Source: Malacoraja senta
Taxonomy: Eukaryota
Assembly: GCA_038087875.1 (NCBI GenBank)
Contig: CM075989.1
Location: 13,084,001 to 13,144,000, forward strand
DNA length: 60,000 nucleotides
Reading direction: 5' to 3'
The notes under the pieces were generated by a model. It was not told the DNA's origin. It did no database searches and was given only the letters and a program-made list of their open reading frames with translations. Shown in pieces: positions 1-13,800 of the stretch. Position 1 is the stretch's first letter, and every line of letters begins with the position of its first letter. The position numbers were made by a program, and so were the translations under genes.

Positions 1-1221
1 CCAGGTCATCCACAGCCTAACCCACAGCAACCCTGGCCACATATATTTCATTTGTTTTTTCCATCCCTCCTATCCCCTCCCTGCAATTTGAAATTAGCTT
101 GTATTCTCTTTTTCCCAGTGTTGACGATGGGTCTTGGACATTAACTGTCTCTCTATCCACAGACGCTGGCTGATCTGCTGACTGGTTCCCGAAATTTCTG
201 CTTCTATATCCAATCTCCTGTACCTGCAGCTTAGATTTTAAGCCTTGAGTATCTGTTCTGCTAATGTTTCCACAGCAGAACCGCCATATATCCACACTTG
301 CTGGTGTCCAAGTTACAGGGAGGGGATGGAGAGGACAAAGGAAATATTCTATTTTTATTATAGATTTCTTGACCTGTATTGCTCTCGCCACAAACACACT
401 TCTCTGGACAGCATTCCTTTCTCACATTTTCTGTCGCATCATCTGCAAACTTGTTCATCACTGTCACAATATGAAATTCAAACCACTTATAGATCCAATA
501 AAAAGCCAGGATCCCAGTCCTGGGATCCAGAGACACCACTGTGTAACACCCTGAAATTATTAAAACTCCCCTCAATTGATGTCCTTGATCACTCTGTGCT
601 TCCTTAAATGTTCATGTATGGTTTGCTTCAGAATGTATTCCAACATCTGCCATTCATCAGTGCACTGTCTCCTGGCCTGCTGCTCATTTGGTCTTTTACA
701 CTTTTTAAAACAATTCCATCACATCCACAGAGCTGTCCGGTGTTTATAGCCAATAAAGGACTAGAGGGTGACAACCTGGTGTCTTCCCCGCCCCCCCCCC
801 CTTGCAGTTTTTAACTCCCTTTATTCTGTGTTCTTTTTTTAGGCTGTGGGTGTCACTTTGAAGGCCAGCAATTATTGCCCATCCACAATTGTTATGCAGA
901 AGGTGACTCCATCTTAAATTATTGCAGTCCATCTGGCCAAGGTGTCCCCACAATACTGAAAGTGGAGGGAGTTCAAGAATTAGACTCAGCCAGAATGAAG
1001 GATAGGCAGTATATTTCCCAGTCAGGGTGGTGTGCTACGGGTACTGGTTCCCCTGAAATTCCTGATGGGAGTAGAGTGGATTTGTGAATTGCCCGTCATT
1101 GATGCCTGGGCATGCAATTGCGGTATATTTTGCAGTTGACACATACTGCACCTACAGTGTACCTTTGGGGAGTGGATAAATATTTTGAGTTAAATATTTT
1201 GGGCTGCGTTGTCCAGGATAG

Positions 1222-1722
1222 TGTAATGGTGTAAGCAAGGTTTGAGGATTTGGATCAATGATGAAGAAAAATAATATAGTTTAAAATAACACATTTATTA
1301 AAACACCAATAAAACAGGTCTCACGGCCACCATGGACTCTGTAGACATGAGCGTCAGCTGATAGTACTCAGTGGTCCTGGCACCGTTACGGATACTGGTT
1401 TCTCACAGCATGCACTTGTATCATCTGTGCATCTTTCCCAATCTCCAAACAATGGTCAGTTACATTTTAAAACTAGCTATGCTCCCCAACAGTGAAATCA
1501 TGGGTTGTTCATTATATTTGGCACTGAGCTGAACTTGCTTGTCTCTGGTAAGAACAAGATTATCTTATCTTATTACTGCATGTTCTTGCAGCTTCACGGT
1601 CCCAAGCCTTGCGATATATTTGTCTTCCCAAGCGAGTCTGCTTGCCTGATATGACGACTGTTAACAGACAACTCAATTTTAGTTGAAAAGTGTTTTAACC
1701 CCTACGTTACATTCCACCCCTT
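1222..1722 (-). mobile_element. Probable 3' LTR with polypurine tract
   Basis: Minus strand reads AAGGGGTGGAA then TGTAACG...CATTACA (about 490 bp), with AATAAA near the LTR 3' end (about 1294-1299). Confidence 0.55.
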
Positions 1723-1787
1723 GGAGTTGTCAGTCTACAGTTCTCATCTAACTACATGTCATTGGGAGGCCTGGCAGCCAAGCACAA

Positions 1788-2470
1788 ATCAAGTCAAGTG
1801 AAGAGAGTTTATTGTCATGTGTCCCAGATAGGACAATTAAATTCTTGCTTGCTGCAGTACAACAGAATATGTAAACATAATACAGAACAGGAGATAAAAG
1901 TTCAGTGTGTCTATATACCATAGACCATATATATACACAATAAATAAACAGTTAAAGTGCAATGGCTGTTATCGTTCAGAGTTTGTTTGATGGTGAGTTT
2001 AATAGCCTGATGGCTGTGGGGAAGAAGCTGTTCCTGAAACTGGATGTTCCAGATTTCAAGCTCCTGTACCTTCTTCCCGCTGGCAATGGAGAGATGAGTG
2101 TGTGGCCAGGATGGTGTGGATCTTTGATGATGTTGCCTGCATTTTTGAGGCAGGGACTGCGATAGATCCCTTTGATGGTGAGGAGGTCTGAGCTGATGAT
2201 GGACTGGGCAGTGGTTATAACCTTCTGCAATCTTTTCCGCTCCTGGACGTTTAAGTTACCGAACCAAGCCTCGATGCGACCAGCCAGTATGCTCTCTATT
2301 GTGTACCTGTAGAAGTTCGAGAGAGTCCTCCTTAACATACCGACTCTCCGTAATCTTCTCAGGAGGCGCTGATGTGCCTTCTTTATGATTGCATCAGTGT
2401 GCTGGGAGCAGGAAAGATCTTCGGAAATATGCACGCCCAGGAATTTGAAGTTCTTGACCCTTTCCACCAT
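1788..2470 (-). mobile_element. Rex1/Babar-clade LINE 3' fragment
   Basis: VERVKNFKFLGVHISEDL...KKAHQRL...IESIL...IIKDPHHPGH...FRNSFFPTAIRLLN; GACAATAAA plus (CTTGA)n tail. Related fragments lie at about 6010-6790, 7780-8480 and 32350-33010. Confidence 0.88.
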
Positions 2471-2984
2471 TGGCTCCCCAATCTGCAGATCTTGTCAATG
2501 GGATAACATTCGTACTTAAGTTGTTATCTAAATATTAAAACAATCCATTATAATATAAGTGTAATGCAAAGAAGCACAACAAGCATATGCAACATGATGC
2601 AAATCCATGGATGAACTTCAATATTCATTCCCCGGTGCCAAATTTGATCCAAGACTTGTTTTTGCAATTCCTCCAGCATATTGTTTTGGTAATTTAACTT
2701 CTTCCTTATAATTAGCCCATCGATAGACAATTTGTTTGGGCTCGTGTCACTTTTCCAATCTGCAGTTAGCGAAGGAACAGTGGCAAACTAATAGATCTTA
2801 TTGTCACAAGTCCTGGTTACCTTGAGGTCACAAATATTACACAATCTCGGATAGCCTGTCATCAAAAATATCCTATGGATTGCGCATAGTGGTGTCGATG
2901 GAAGCTCCAGTTCTCTGACTTGGACAGCTTCTGACCACTTCTTATACAGTCAATCAACAGGCTGTAAGAACATGCAAGAGGGCT

Positions 2985-2992
<8 letters not shown>

Positions 2993-3035
<43 letters not shown>
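2993..3035. repeat. (CA)n microsatellite
   Basis: Directly visible. Confidence 0.98.
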
Positions 3036-3037
<2 letters not shown>

Positions 3038-3892
3038 CTGTCTCTCCCTCTCTCTGCTCAGTGAGCCCAAGTTTCAGGCACTTTATTATACTTTGCATTC
3101 CACAAGTGCACTTAATATGTTTGTTTATTCCTTTAGGCAATGTTGGAGTCTGTCTGGCCACTGCCTAACAAAGCCAATCATACTAAAAATGTTATCAGCA
3201 AACAGGTCACTTTTATCTTCTCTCAGTACCATTGTTTAGTTCAATTCCAATGACTCCACAATTCATCTCTCATATTCATTACAGTGACTATTCCTCGATC
3301 AGGCGATATACTGCACTACTCTATATATACTGCACTATACTCTCAGTAACCAAGGTTTTAACAATGAATGTGAGCAACACATTAAACAATACTAAATCGT
3401 GTATGTATGTGGGCATGCTAAATACATCTACATTTATTACAATCCCACTCTTCATCCCAAAATGTTTATATTGCAGGGATCACTGTAACAAAGGTCTCTG
3501 CACGGTATACCAAATCTCAATTTCTTGGTGCACGACATACACACTTCAATGCAAATAACATAAATATATCACCAGAATGGATGTTAAAACAACCAATGCA
3601 GTTGCAGGATGAATAACTCAAAAACATTGACCTGAGGAGATCACCCCTTTAAAATATCCCACCAATGTTGAACTGTAAGATCTGTCTCTAACTTAGTCAT
3701 TCGGTATCACTCACCTTGATCGTAATCCTTTTAATCCTTGGCAATTTCACTCAATTCTTTAGTTACCTCAGGTGATCTGTTCAGAAAATCCGCCAACTCA
3801 TTCTCCTTTACCCCCAAAGACTCTTGTTACATTTGGAGGTAAAAGAGAAAGTCCCCATTTTATTTGTGATGTTGGATAAACCAATGGACTGA

Positions 3893-4068
3893 AGGACACA
3901 AGGTGTTGGAGTAACTCAGCAAGTCAAGCAGCATCACTGGAGAACGTGGATAGGTGACATTTCAGATCAGGACCCTTCTTCCATGTTCTCCAGAGATGCT
4001 GCCTGACCCACTAAGTTACTGCAGTATTATGTGTCTTTTTGTCTCAACCAGCATCTGCTGTTCCTTGA
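3893..4068. mobile_element. Older Penelope-derived short inverted element
   Basis: Diverged inverted termini (gagtaactcagc...gcagcat / gatgctgcc...gttact) with the CAGCATCTGC-GTTCCT tail on one side only. Confidence 0.7.
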
Positions 4069-7000
4069 ACTACCAATAGACTGAGTTCATTATGTGAACC
4101 ATGAAGACATCACATCTCTACAGTAGTGTTTTGGTGAAATTTCCATCCTCTGATAAATAGCTTCCAGAGATATTAGAAATGTACATGATTTTTCATTTTG
4201 TGTACTCTAATTTTATTCTCAATGTTAAGTGTTTCGACATCCATGCAGTTAACTGTGCCTAAATCTGTTCCAGAATCTCCTAATACAGTGTTCATTAAAT
4301 CTCTGCTGTTGTAAGACAGGGTCTGACATAATCAAATGGTACAGTAATCCACACAACCTCATTTTCATTTGACTTGAGACATGCTAATCTTTAAGCACAA
4401 CATACTTGCATTCTAGGCCATGAGAGTCCTGGCTGCTCATTTGTATTTTGAAAGACAAACATTGATTACATCAAAACAAGCTTTCCCAAAATAACTCAAA
4501 ATCTGTAGGTCAAAAATCTTGAGCAGCATCTTTTAACCTTTTGGAAACATTGCTTATTGTTCCCCAATTATTCCCATCTAACTCCCAAGATATCTATTTC
4601 AAAATCCCAATGACCTATACACTGTCATCACATTCTCAAGATGCCAATTTCTTTCTGAAATATTGGTATCTAATATCTGAAACATATTGGTATCTAATAT
4701 CTGAGACACATTTTTAACACCTTAACATGGATTCAATGTGGTCAGTGTAGAATCCAGGTTTCTCTCTCTCTTTAGAATCAATTCTAAAGGAAAAGATAAG
4801 GAAAACATACATAGGAACATAGAAAATAGGCGCAGGAGTAGGCCATTCAGCCCTTCGAACCAGCAGCGCCATTCAATATGATCATGGCTGATCATCCAAA
4901 ATCAGTACCCCATTCCGGCTTTTTGCCCATATCCCTTGATTCCCTTAGCCCTAAGAGCTAAATCTAATGCATGCTGGCAGAAGATTAAATACGCAATTAA
5001 ACCAACAACTAGCACACTATTATGGGAGGAAACCAGAGCATCTGGAGGCACATCCATGCAGCCACTCAGACAAATGTTGTATCTGTAGTGCAGTTTTCAA
5101 TATCTACAACCTCCCTTGCCATATTCAGCCATCTTGAGATCAAGGTCAACGTGCCATTAACTATTGCTATGCTTTTTAGCATTCCGCAAGATTGTAAATA
5201 TTTTAGCCAACATTGCCCCATCCCATATAATAAAGAAGGTAGATACAAAATGCTGGAGTAACTCAGTGGGACAGGCAGCATCTCTGGAGGGAAGGAATGG
5301 GCGACGTTTTGAGTCGGGACCCTTCTTCAGACTGATGTTGGGGGAGGAAACAATGTAGTCGGAGACAATAAGACTAGTGGGAGAACAGGGAAGGGGAAGG
5401 AGAGAGAAAGCAAGGGCTACCTGAAGTTAGAGAAGTCAATGTTCATACCGCTGGGGTGTAAATGACACCATATAATAAAGATCTACATTGACAGTCTGGA
5501 AGGTGTCCAGAACCACATCTCACAGAAAACAGATATCAAATAGAAATTCTTCACAATTGTCACCGCTGATCAGGCAGCAATGAAGTCAAGCCTCACATAC
5601 ACTTCTGAGTAACAAACTAATTACAGCAGCTCAAAGCACAGGGGAGAGGCAATTCCAACATTGTCTCAGCAAAAATCCAAGTCCATTGGCTGGATAAATT
5701 AACCAGTGTCAAAGACATCTCCCTGTTCAAATGGATAGATGACGTTCCAGGTTGGAACTCCTCTTCAGACTTTTCCGGGTCTGGAGGGATTGCGTTATAA
5801 GGAGATTGCATGGGACTCGGTTTACTTTCCTGGAGGCTGAGGGGGTGACCTTGTGGAGGTTTATAAAGTCATGAAGGGTGCAGATAAGATGGATGGTCAG
5901 CCTTCCCAGGGCTGGATGCATCCCCATCCACAAACTCCCAGCCTCCACCTAACAAGCTCTGCCGCTGATGTTGAGACAGACACTGCTAGTGCTGGAGTCT
6001 TCTGCACTCCCACCAATACCCCAGTATGCATTGGCGGTGCCCAAGTAGAGATGGTTGATAACTTCAAATTCCTATGAGTGAATATCACCAACATCTTTTA
6101 CTGGACCACAGATATTGAAGATCATAAGTGATAGGAGTAGAATTTGGCCATTAGGCCCATCAAGTCTACTCCACCAATAAAGAGGGAAGAAGATTATACT
6201 TTATTGCCTTCCATCACAGTGATGAAAGTGGGGAATCTGCTGTGGTGGATGGTTATGTTAACTTTCATGTAGTTGTGTGTCTTGTTGCTATTTATTAGTA
6301 TGGTAAATCAAATATCACTACCTTAATTGGTACATGTGACAATAAAATACCTTTGAAACCTTTGAATCATGGCTGGTCTATCTCTCCCTCCTAACCCCAT
6401 TCTCCTTCCTTCTCCCCATAACCTCTGACATCATAACCTCTGACATTGAAACAACGACCAAGAAAGTCCACCAACGTCTCTTCTTCCTTTGAAGGCTTAG
6501 CAAGTTTGGCATGTGCCAACAACTCTCACCAACTTCTACAAATGTGCCGTAGAAAGCATTTTATTGGGATGCATCACAGCTTGGTTTGGGAACAGCTCCA
6601 TCCAAGACCGCAATAAATTGCAGCGAATTGTGGACGCAGCCCAGACCATCACATAAATCAACCTCCCTTCCATTGACTCAATTTATACCTCATGCTGTCT
6701 CGGCAAGGCCAGCAACATAATCAAGGACGAGTCGCATCCTGGCCACTCCCTCTCCATTCAGGCAAAAGGCATAGAGGTGTGAAAACTTAAAACACATAAA
6801 ACAAAACAAAACTTTATGCTTGCATTGCTCTTCCTTTAGAACCTTCACGAATAACAGAAAAACTTTGAATAAATCATTAATTCCCATAACTGTAACTTTT
6901 TATTACATGTATTGTAAGTAATAAAGGAAAACAAACAATGGGTGGGGCCCTACACAACTCGTACAACTTCTTAAAGAGACATTGCTCTTCAAAAAGAGGT

Positions 7001-8554
7001 CCTGTAAATTTATACCCAAATATTATAAATATAATCCCCCCCCCCCGAAAGTCCTCCTGAGAGATGGTGTAAAGTGCATTCAAACCTTTCTAACAAAAAT
7101 AAGTAAATAAGTAAATAAATAAGATTTTTTTTTTTTTTTTTTTTTTTTTAACTTTACTTGTGTCTTTCTCACACTTGAGGACACCTTCATCTTTCCCCTA
7201 TTCACTTATTTTTACTTGATTTTAACTATGGGCACCCTCTGTGCCTTCCTATTTTTCTTCCTAATTTTACTGCTGAATCTTCTAAACGCTCTGTTAAATT
7301 CTCAGTATCTGTTGAACCTCCCTCTCATACCGTTTTATCACAGGTTTCCAGGATTGGAGGTTTCCCTTTCTAACTGTCCAAGCCGTCCCCTCCCACTGCA
7401 CTGACCCTGACGTGTCTTCCCACAGCTGTTTCCTATCATGCTTTGCACATTTATCATAACACTGTACTTGGCCATAACCCAGGTTTAGTTTTCTGGTCTC
7501 CAGTCTAACTTTATCCTGCTCCACAACCATGCTAAATCTATAAATTGTGTTCATAGCATCCAAAATACTCACCTATGGAAAAGTAGCCATCATTCCAGGT
7601 TTAATTCAGACCATGTGGTTTTGTTTGATCTTTCTAGCTCATTGCGATCATTCCTTTCATTGACAAGTATTTCAGTACCCAGTATTATTGCACGTTTGCC
7701 CCAGGAATGTTCAGTTGTCACTCCTGCATATTTGAGCATGGCCTTAGTAAGTCACCTTGTCCAGACTCCAGCCACCCCATAAAGTTCCAAGATGTAAACA
7801 TTACCAACTATCTGCCCAGACCAACTACATTGAAGCGACGGCCAAAAAATCCACCAATGCCTCTACTTCCTCAGAACACCAAGAAAATTTGACACGTCTC
7901 CAACGTCTCTTACCAACGGTTACAGATGCATCAATGATAGCATCAGGTTGTATCACAGCCTGGTTTTGGGAACAGCTCTGCCCAAGATCACAAGAAATTG
8001 CAGAGAGTTGTGGATGCAGCCCAGTCAATCACACAGACCAGCCTCTAGTCCATCAATTCCATCTCTATTTCTCACTGCCTCTGGAAAGCAGTTAACATAC
8101 TCAAGGACTTCATCACCCTGATCATTCCCTCTTCTCCCCTCTGTCATAGGGCAAATGATTCAATAACTTGAAAGCATGTACCACCAGACTCAGGAATAGC
8201 TTCTTCCTCTCTGGTGTCAGATTTCTGAATTGTATTTCCATAAGCTCGAGTACGGTCCTGATCTTCCAACATACCTCGTTGTGGACCTTGGACTTTTCCT
8301 CTGCGACTATCACTCAACAATGCTGACAAATTATATTCTGCACTCTGGTATTTTTTCTTTGCTCTATCTGCTGTACTTTTGTATGGCTTGATTGTATTCA
8401 TGCATAATATTATATGATATCACGCAATCAAAAGCTTTTCACTGTATCTCAGTTAATGTGACAATATAAACCAATACCATCAACTCGATCTTCACTTTAC
8501 GATGCCTCGGGAAAGTGCCCAACACACTTTTTTTTGTCTATGGTTTTGGTATTA

Positions 8555-9415
8555 CTTATGGAGGCTCTTTGGAGCATACTATCAAGGTATGGTTGTCACA
8601 ACAAGTACATCAGAATATTGAGGCTTCTACATGATGGCATGTCAGTTACAGTGCTCAGCAACTGCGGCACTGAGTCCGAGTCCTTCACTGTGGAAACGGG
8701 GGTCAAACAGGGATGCATCATCGCACCCACCCTGTTTGTCATCTTCATTGCTGCCATACTTCACCTCATTGGTGAAGAGCTGCCACAGGGGATCCCCGTC
8801 GTCTACAAAACTGATGGTGGGCTCTTCAACCTTAATAGGTTGAAGGCCAAGAGCAAAGTCAGTAACACTGCCATCATGGAGCTTCAGTACGTGGATGACT
8901 GCGCCATTGCAGGACACTCTGCAGAAGACCTCCAGGGCATCCTGAATGCCTTTGCCAAGGCATACAGAGCCATGGGCCTAGCCTTAAATATCAAGAAGAC
9001 CCAGGTCCTACTTGAACCTCCACCCAACCAGCTATCTACCCAGCCCACTATAAAAGTGGAAGACACCACTCTTGAAAACGTTGACCACTTCCCCTACATT
9101 GGTAGCATTCTTTCCTCAAAAGCTGACATCGACTCTGAGGTCAACCATTGCCTGAGTTGTGCCAGCGGAGCCTTCGCCAGACTCAGGAAAAGAGTCTTTG
9201 AAGACCGAGACCTAAAGGCTCAAACAAAACTGCTGGTCTATAGAGCTGTTTTCCTCTCCACCCTGTTGTATGGAGCTGAGTCATGGACCACCTATCGCAG
9301 GCACCTGAGAGCCCTGGAACAATGCCATCAAAGATCCTTACGAAAGATTCTGAGGATCAGCTGGGGGGACAAACGCACCAAAATCAGCGTTTTGGAGGAA
9401 GCCAACATGACCAGC
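8555..9415 (+). mobile_element. RTE (BovB-like) LINE internal RT fragment
   Basis: GVKQGCIIAPTLF, ELQYVDD, GLALNIKKT, FPYIGS, LLYGAESW; open frame. Confidence 0.9.
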
Positions 9416-9719
9416 AATGTCCAATGGGGAGAGACACAGCAATCATAATCATACTTTATTAGCCAAGAATGTTTTGCAACATACCAGGAATTTGATTTGC
9501 ATTATATTCCACCGGGTGGCGCCGTCAGCGATGGTTAAATTATGAGTTAATGTTATCTGGTTTGTTCTACGTATGTGGGGAGGGGGGGGGGGGGTCGGTC
9601 GGGGGGAACTTTGTTTTGCGGGGCCGTGGACTTACCATCTGTAACTTCCAAATTGAACCAATCCTCCCTCAGTCCACCTTAGAGACCCAGGTCTGGCCCC
9701 AACTGTCAGTGTGTAGTTT

Positions 9720-9833
9720 GCTCGTCCCCATGTGACTTCGCGGCTTTCCCGGAGCTCCGGTTCGATCCCACAGAGGAGCGGATCCACAGACAGAAGAGGT
9801 GCGTTCATCGCCCGCCGGAGATTGCAGGTGAGT
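9720..9833 (+). promoter_or_regulatory. SQOR: Probable SQOR promoter and non-coding exon 1 (donor at 9827/9828)
   Basis: CpG-rich stretch not recognised as a repeat, E-box CATGTGAC at 9729-9736, and consensus donor CAG|GTGAGT. The first coding exon has an acceptor 17 nt before the ATG, which implies an upstream UTR exon. The assignment is inferred. Confidence 0.55.
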
Positions 9834-9899
9834 GGCAGAAGAAGGGAAATGGGTCGGTGAGGGTGCGGCGGAGAGGCAACGGGATAGTTGGGTTGGAGG

Positions 9900-10215
9900 T
9901 AGGGTTGCCAACTGTCCCGTAGGACCCGGGACATCCCGTGTTTTGGGCTAAATTAGTTTGTCCCGTACGCCCTTGTCCCGTATTTAACTGCTACTACTCG
10001 GGTCGAGGGGTCTGTCGGGTCGGAGCCATGTCGTGCAGCAGCAGCAGCAGCGCCTCGCCCGTGGGTCGGCAGCCCGGCCAGTTGTCCGACCTCCGGACCT
10101 TCGCTGACCGCCGACACCACCCTCCCCCCCTTCTCATGGCCGATCATCGGTTTGTATATGTCCCGTATTTTGACCTCTTGTCCTTTATTTGGGATTGAGA
10201 AAGTTGGCAACCCTA
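9900..10215. mobile_element. hAT-type MITE
   Basis: 14-bp TIR TAGGGTTGCCAACT; 8-bp TSD GTTGGA(G/A)G; repeated subterminal TCCCGT motifs. Confidence 0.88.
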
Positions 10216-10846
10216 GTTGGAAGTGACACACGGTTAACCACACAATGCATCGACTCCATTCTCCCCCCAAGTCCCAGTCACCATTCCGCCACATTAAGGT
10301 TTGCTCAGTGGCATCTCCAACCCTTCACTGAGGTCTCTGGCCTTCTGGAAGATCGCTCCCCTGCCTCGGGTGCGAGCGCTGGCGTCTCCACTCTGGTTTG
10401 AGTCATCAGCGAAGACTTTTAAAGTACTTTTGGAGAAGGATTGGATCGGTGCACCTAAATTGGGGCAAGGGTAATAGAAATATAGGAAAAAAATAGGTGC
10501 AGGAGTAGGCTATTCGGCCCTTCGAACCAGCACCGCCATTTAATATGATCATGGCTGATCATCTAAAATCAGTGCCCTGTTTCTGTTTTTTCCCCCCATA
10601 TCACTTGATTCCTTCAGCCCTAAGAGCTAAATCGAACTAATTTTGGATGCATTTGGCATGAAGTTGCAGTGATTAACTGGGTGATGGACAAGACTGGCAC
10701 GTTCAAATGGGCACAGGGCTGGCACGTTCGGGAGCTCTGGTTGACCAGAGGTATTGAGGCTCTGGTCAGGGAAAAGAAGACATACATCTGGTCTGGGCAG
10801 TCGGGATCTAGTGAATCTCTTGACCAGTGGATGTGAAGGAGTAAAC

Positions 10847-13800
10847 TTTTTTAAAATTTCAAAATAGACTTTATTCAGGTAATAAATATATACAACATAT
10901 ACAATACATGAAATGTGCAAAAAATTATTTCAAAATAGAGGCTATACAAATTATTCAATACAGTCTACATACATTGCTCAAATTTCACAAATTTATCCCC
11001 CACCCTTCCACTCATGTAGCCCACTGGAATGGGATCCCATCCCTTATTTTGAGGGGCGTCTCCATCACACTCTGCCCCCATGTCCAGCAGCGGAAGGACC
11101 CTAGACTATGGTCCTCCCCCACCGAGCCTTGGCGTTGGCTGCACCGAGCTTCAGTGTGTCCCTCAGCAAGTACTCCTGCAGTCTGCAGCGGGCCAGTCGG
11201 CAACATTTCCTGACATCTCGCTCCGCTGGGTGGTGAACAGCGCTCAGGCAGACCAAAGAGCATCTTTCACCGAGTTGATGACTTTCCAGCAGCATTCGAT
11301 GTCAGTCTCTGAATGCATCCCTGGGAACAGTCTGTAAATCACAGAGTCCTCTGTGACGGAGCTGTTCGGAATAAACCGTTATAGGGACCCTTGCAGACCT
11401 TTCCAGACTCTCTTTGCAAATCCACACTCTGCCAAGAGGTGGGCAACTGTCTCCTCTCCATAGCAGGTACACAAAAATGCTGGAGAAACTCAGCGGGTGC
11501 AGCAGCATCTATGGAGCGAAGGAAATAGGCAACGTTTCGGGCCGAATCCCTTCTTCAGACTGATAGGGGGTGGGGAGAAGAAAGGAAAAAGGCGGAGGAG
11601 GAGCCCGAGGGCTGAGGGATGAGAGGAGACAACCAGAGGGCTGAGGAAGGGGAGGAGACAGCAAGGGCTAGCAAAATTGGGAGAATTCAATGTTCATGCC
11701 CCCAAGCGGAATATGAGGTGCATTTCCTCCAATTTCCGGTGTTGCTCGCTGTGGCCATGGAGGAGACCCAGGACAGAGAGGTCAGATACGGAATGGGAGG
11801 GGGAGTTGAAGTGCTGAGCCACCGGGAGGTCAGGTTGGTTATTGCGGACCGACCGGAGGTGTTCGGCGAAACGATCGCCAAGCCTCCGCTTGGTCTCACC
11901 GATGTAGATTAGCTGACATCTAGAGCAGCGGATGCAATAGATGAGGTTGGAGGAGATGCAGGTGAACCTCTGTCGCACCTGGAACGACTGCTTGGGTCCT
12001 TGAATGGAGTCGAGGGGGGAGGTGAATGGACAAGTGTTGCATCTCTTGCGGTTGCAAGGGAAAGTACCCGGGGAGGGGGTGGTACGGGAGGGAAGGGAAG
12101 AATTGACAAAGGAGTTACGGATGGAGCGGTCTTTGCGGAAGGCAGACATGGGGGGAGATGGGAAGATGTGGCGAGTGGTGGGGTCACGTTGGAGGTGGCG
12201 AAACTGACGGAGGATCACTTGTTGTATGTGACGGCTGGTGGGGTGAAAGGTGAGGACTAGCGGGACTCTGCCCTTGTTGTGAGTGGGGGGATGGGGAGAG
12301 AGAGCAGTGTTGCGGGGTATGGCAGAGACCCTGGTGCGAGCCTCATCCATGGTGGAGGAGGGGAAGCCCCGTTCCCTGAAGAATGAGGACATTTCGGATG
12401 CCCTGGTGTGGAACGCCTCATCCTGGGAGCAAATGCGGCGTAGACAGAGGAATTGGGAGTGGGGGATGGAGTCCTTACAGGAAGCAGGGTGGGAAGAAGT
12501 GTAGTCCAGATAGCCATGGGAGTCAGTAGGTTTGTAGTGGATGTCAGTCAGTAGTCTATCACCTGCGATGGACATAGTGAGGTCAAGGAATGGCAGGGAA
12601 GTGTCGGAAATGGTCCAGGTGTATTTGAGTGCCAGATGGAAGTTGGTGGTGAAGCGGATGAAGTCAGTCAGTTGTGTGTGGGTGCAGGAGGTGGCACCAA
12701 AGCAGTCATCGATGTAGCGGAGGTAGAGGTCGGGGATGGGGCCCTGGTAGGTATTGAACAAGGATTGTTCTACGTACCCGACAAAGAGGCAGGCGTAGCT
12801 GGGGCCCATGCGTGTGCCCATAGCTGTGCCTTGTATTTGGAGGAAATGGGAGGAATCAAATGAGAAGTTATTGAGGGTAAGGACTAGCTCCGCTAGGCGG
12901 AGGAGGGTGTCAGTGGCCGGGTATAGGTTGCTTCTCTGGTTGAGGAAGAACCGGAGGGCTTTGAGACCATCCTGGTGGGGGATGGAGGTGTAGAGTGACT
13001 GGACGTCCATGGTGAAGATGAGGGGGTGAGGGCCTAGAGAGTGGAATGCGCGGAGACGACGGAGAGTGTCGGGTGTCTTGAACATAGGTAGGGAGTGATT
13101 TAACCAAGGGGGATAGGATGGAGTCAAGGTAGGTGGAGATGAGTTCGGTGGGGCACGAACAGGCAGAGACAATGGGTCTACCGGGACAGTCAGGTTTGTG
13201 GATTTTGGGGAGAAGGTAAAATCGGGCCGTGCGGGGCTGGGGAACGATGAGGTTGGAGGCTCAGTCGGGCAGGGCGTGGGAGAGGATGAAGTCGGTGATG
13301 GTGCTGGAGATGGTGGCCTGGTGCTCGTCAGTGGGGTCATGGTCCAGGGGTAAGTAGGAGGAGGTGTCCGAGAGTTGGCGCGTGGCCTCAGCTTTGTAGA
13401 GATCGACGCGCCAGACTACCACGGCGCCTCCCTTGTCGGCGGGTTTGATAACCTGGACCATACAACAAGTGATCCTCCATCAGTTTCGCCACCTCCAACG
13501 TGACCCCACCACTCGCCACATCTTCCCATCTCCCCCCATGTCTGCCTTCCGCAAAGACCGATCCCTCCGTAACTCCCTTGTCAATTCTTCACTTCCCTCC
13601 CATACCACCCCCTCCCCGGGTACTTTCCCTTGCAACCGCAAGAGATGCAACACTTGTCCATTCACCGCCCCCCTCGACTCCATTCAAGGACCCAAGCAGT
13701 CGTTCCAGGTGCAACAGAGGTTCACCTGCATCTCCTCCAACCTCATCTATTGCATCCGCTGCTCTAGATGTCAGCTGATCTACATCGGTGAGACCAAGCG

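Noticed and set aside
3825..3840. GTTACA-TTTGGAGGT as an LTR end plus primer-binding site
   Set aside because: Only about 7 nt of PBS-like match, and no matching LTR start was identified.
6790..7770. Possible coding insert (92-aa minus-strand ORF)
   Set aside because: No recognisable motif and many stops in the flanking frames; left unassigned.
11694..13340. 548-aa ORF as an intact Penelope protein
   Set aside because: The N-terminal part is out of frame, with the real RT motifs in other frames; the copy is 5'-truncated and has a deletion at the C-terminus.
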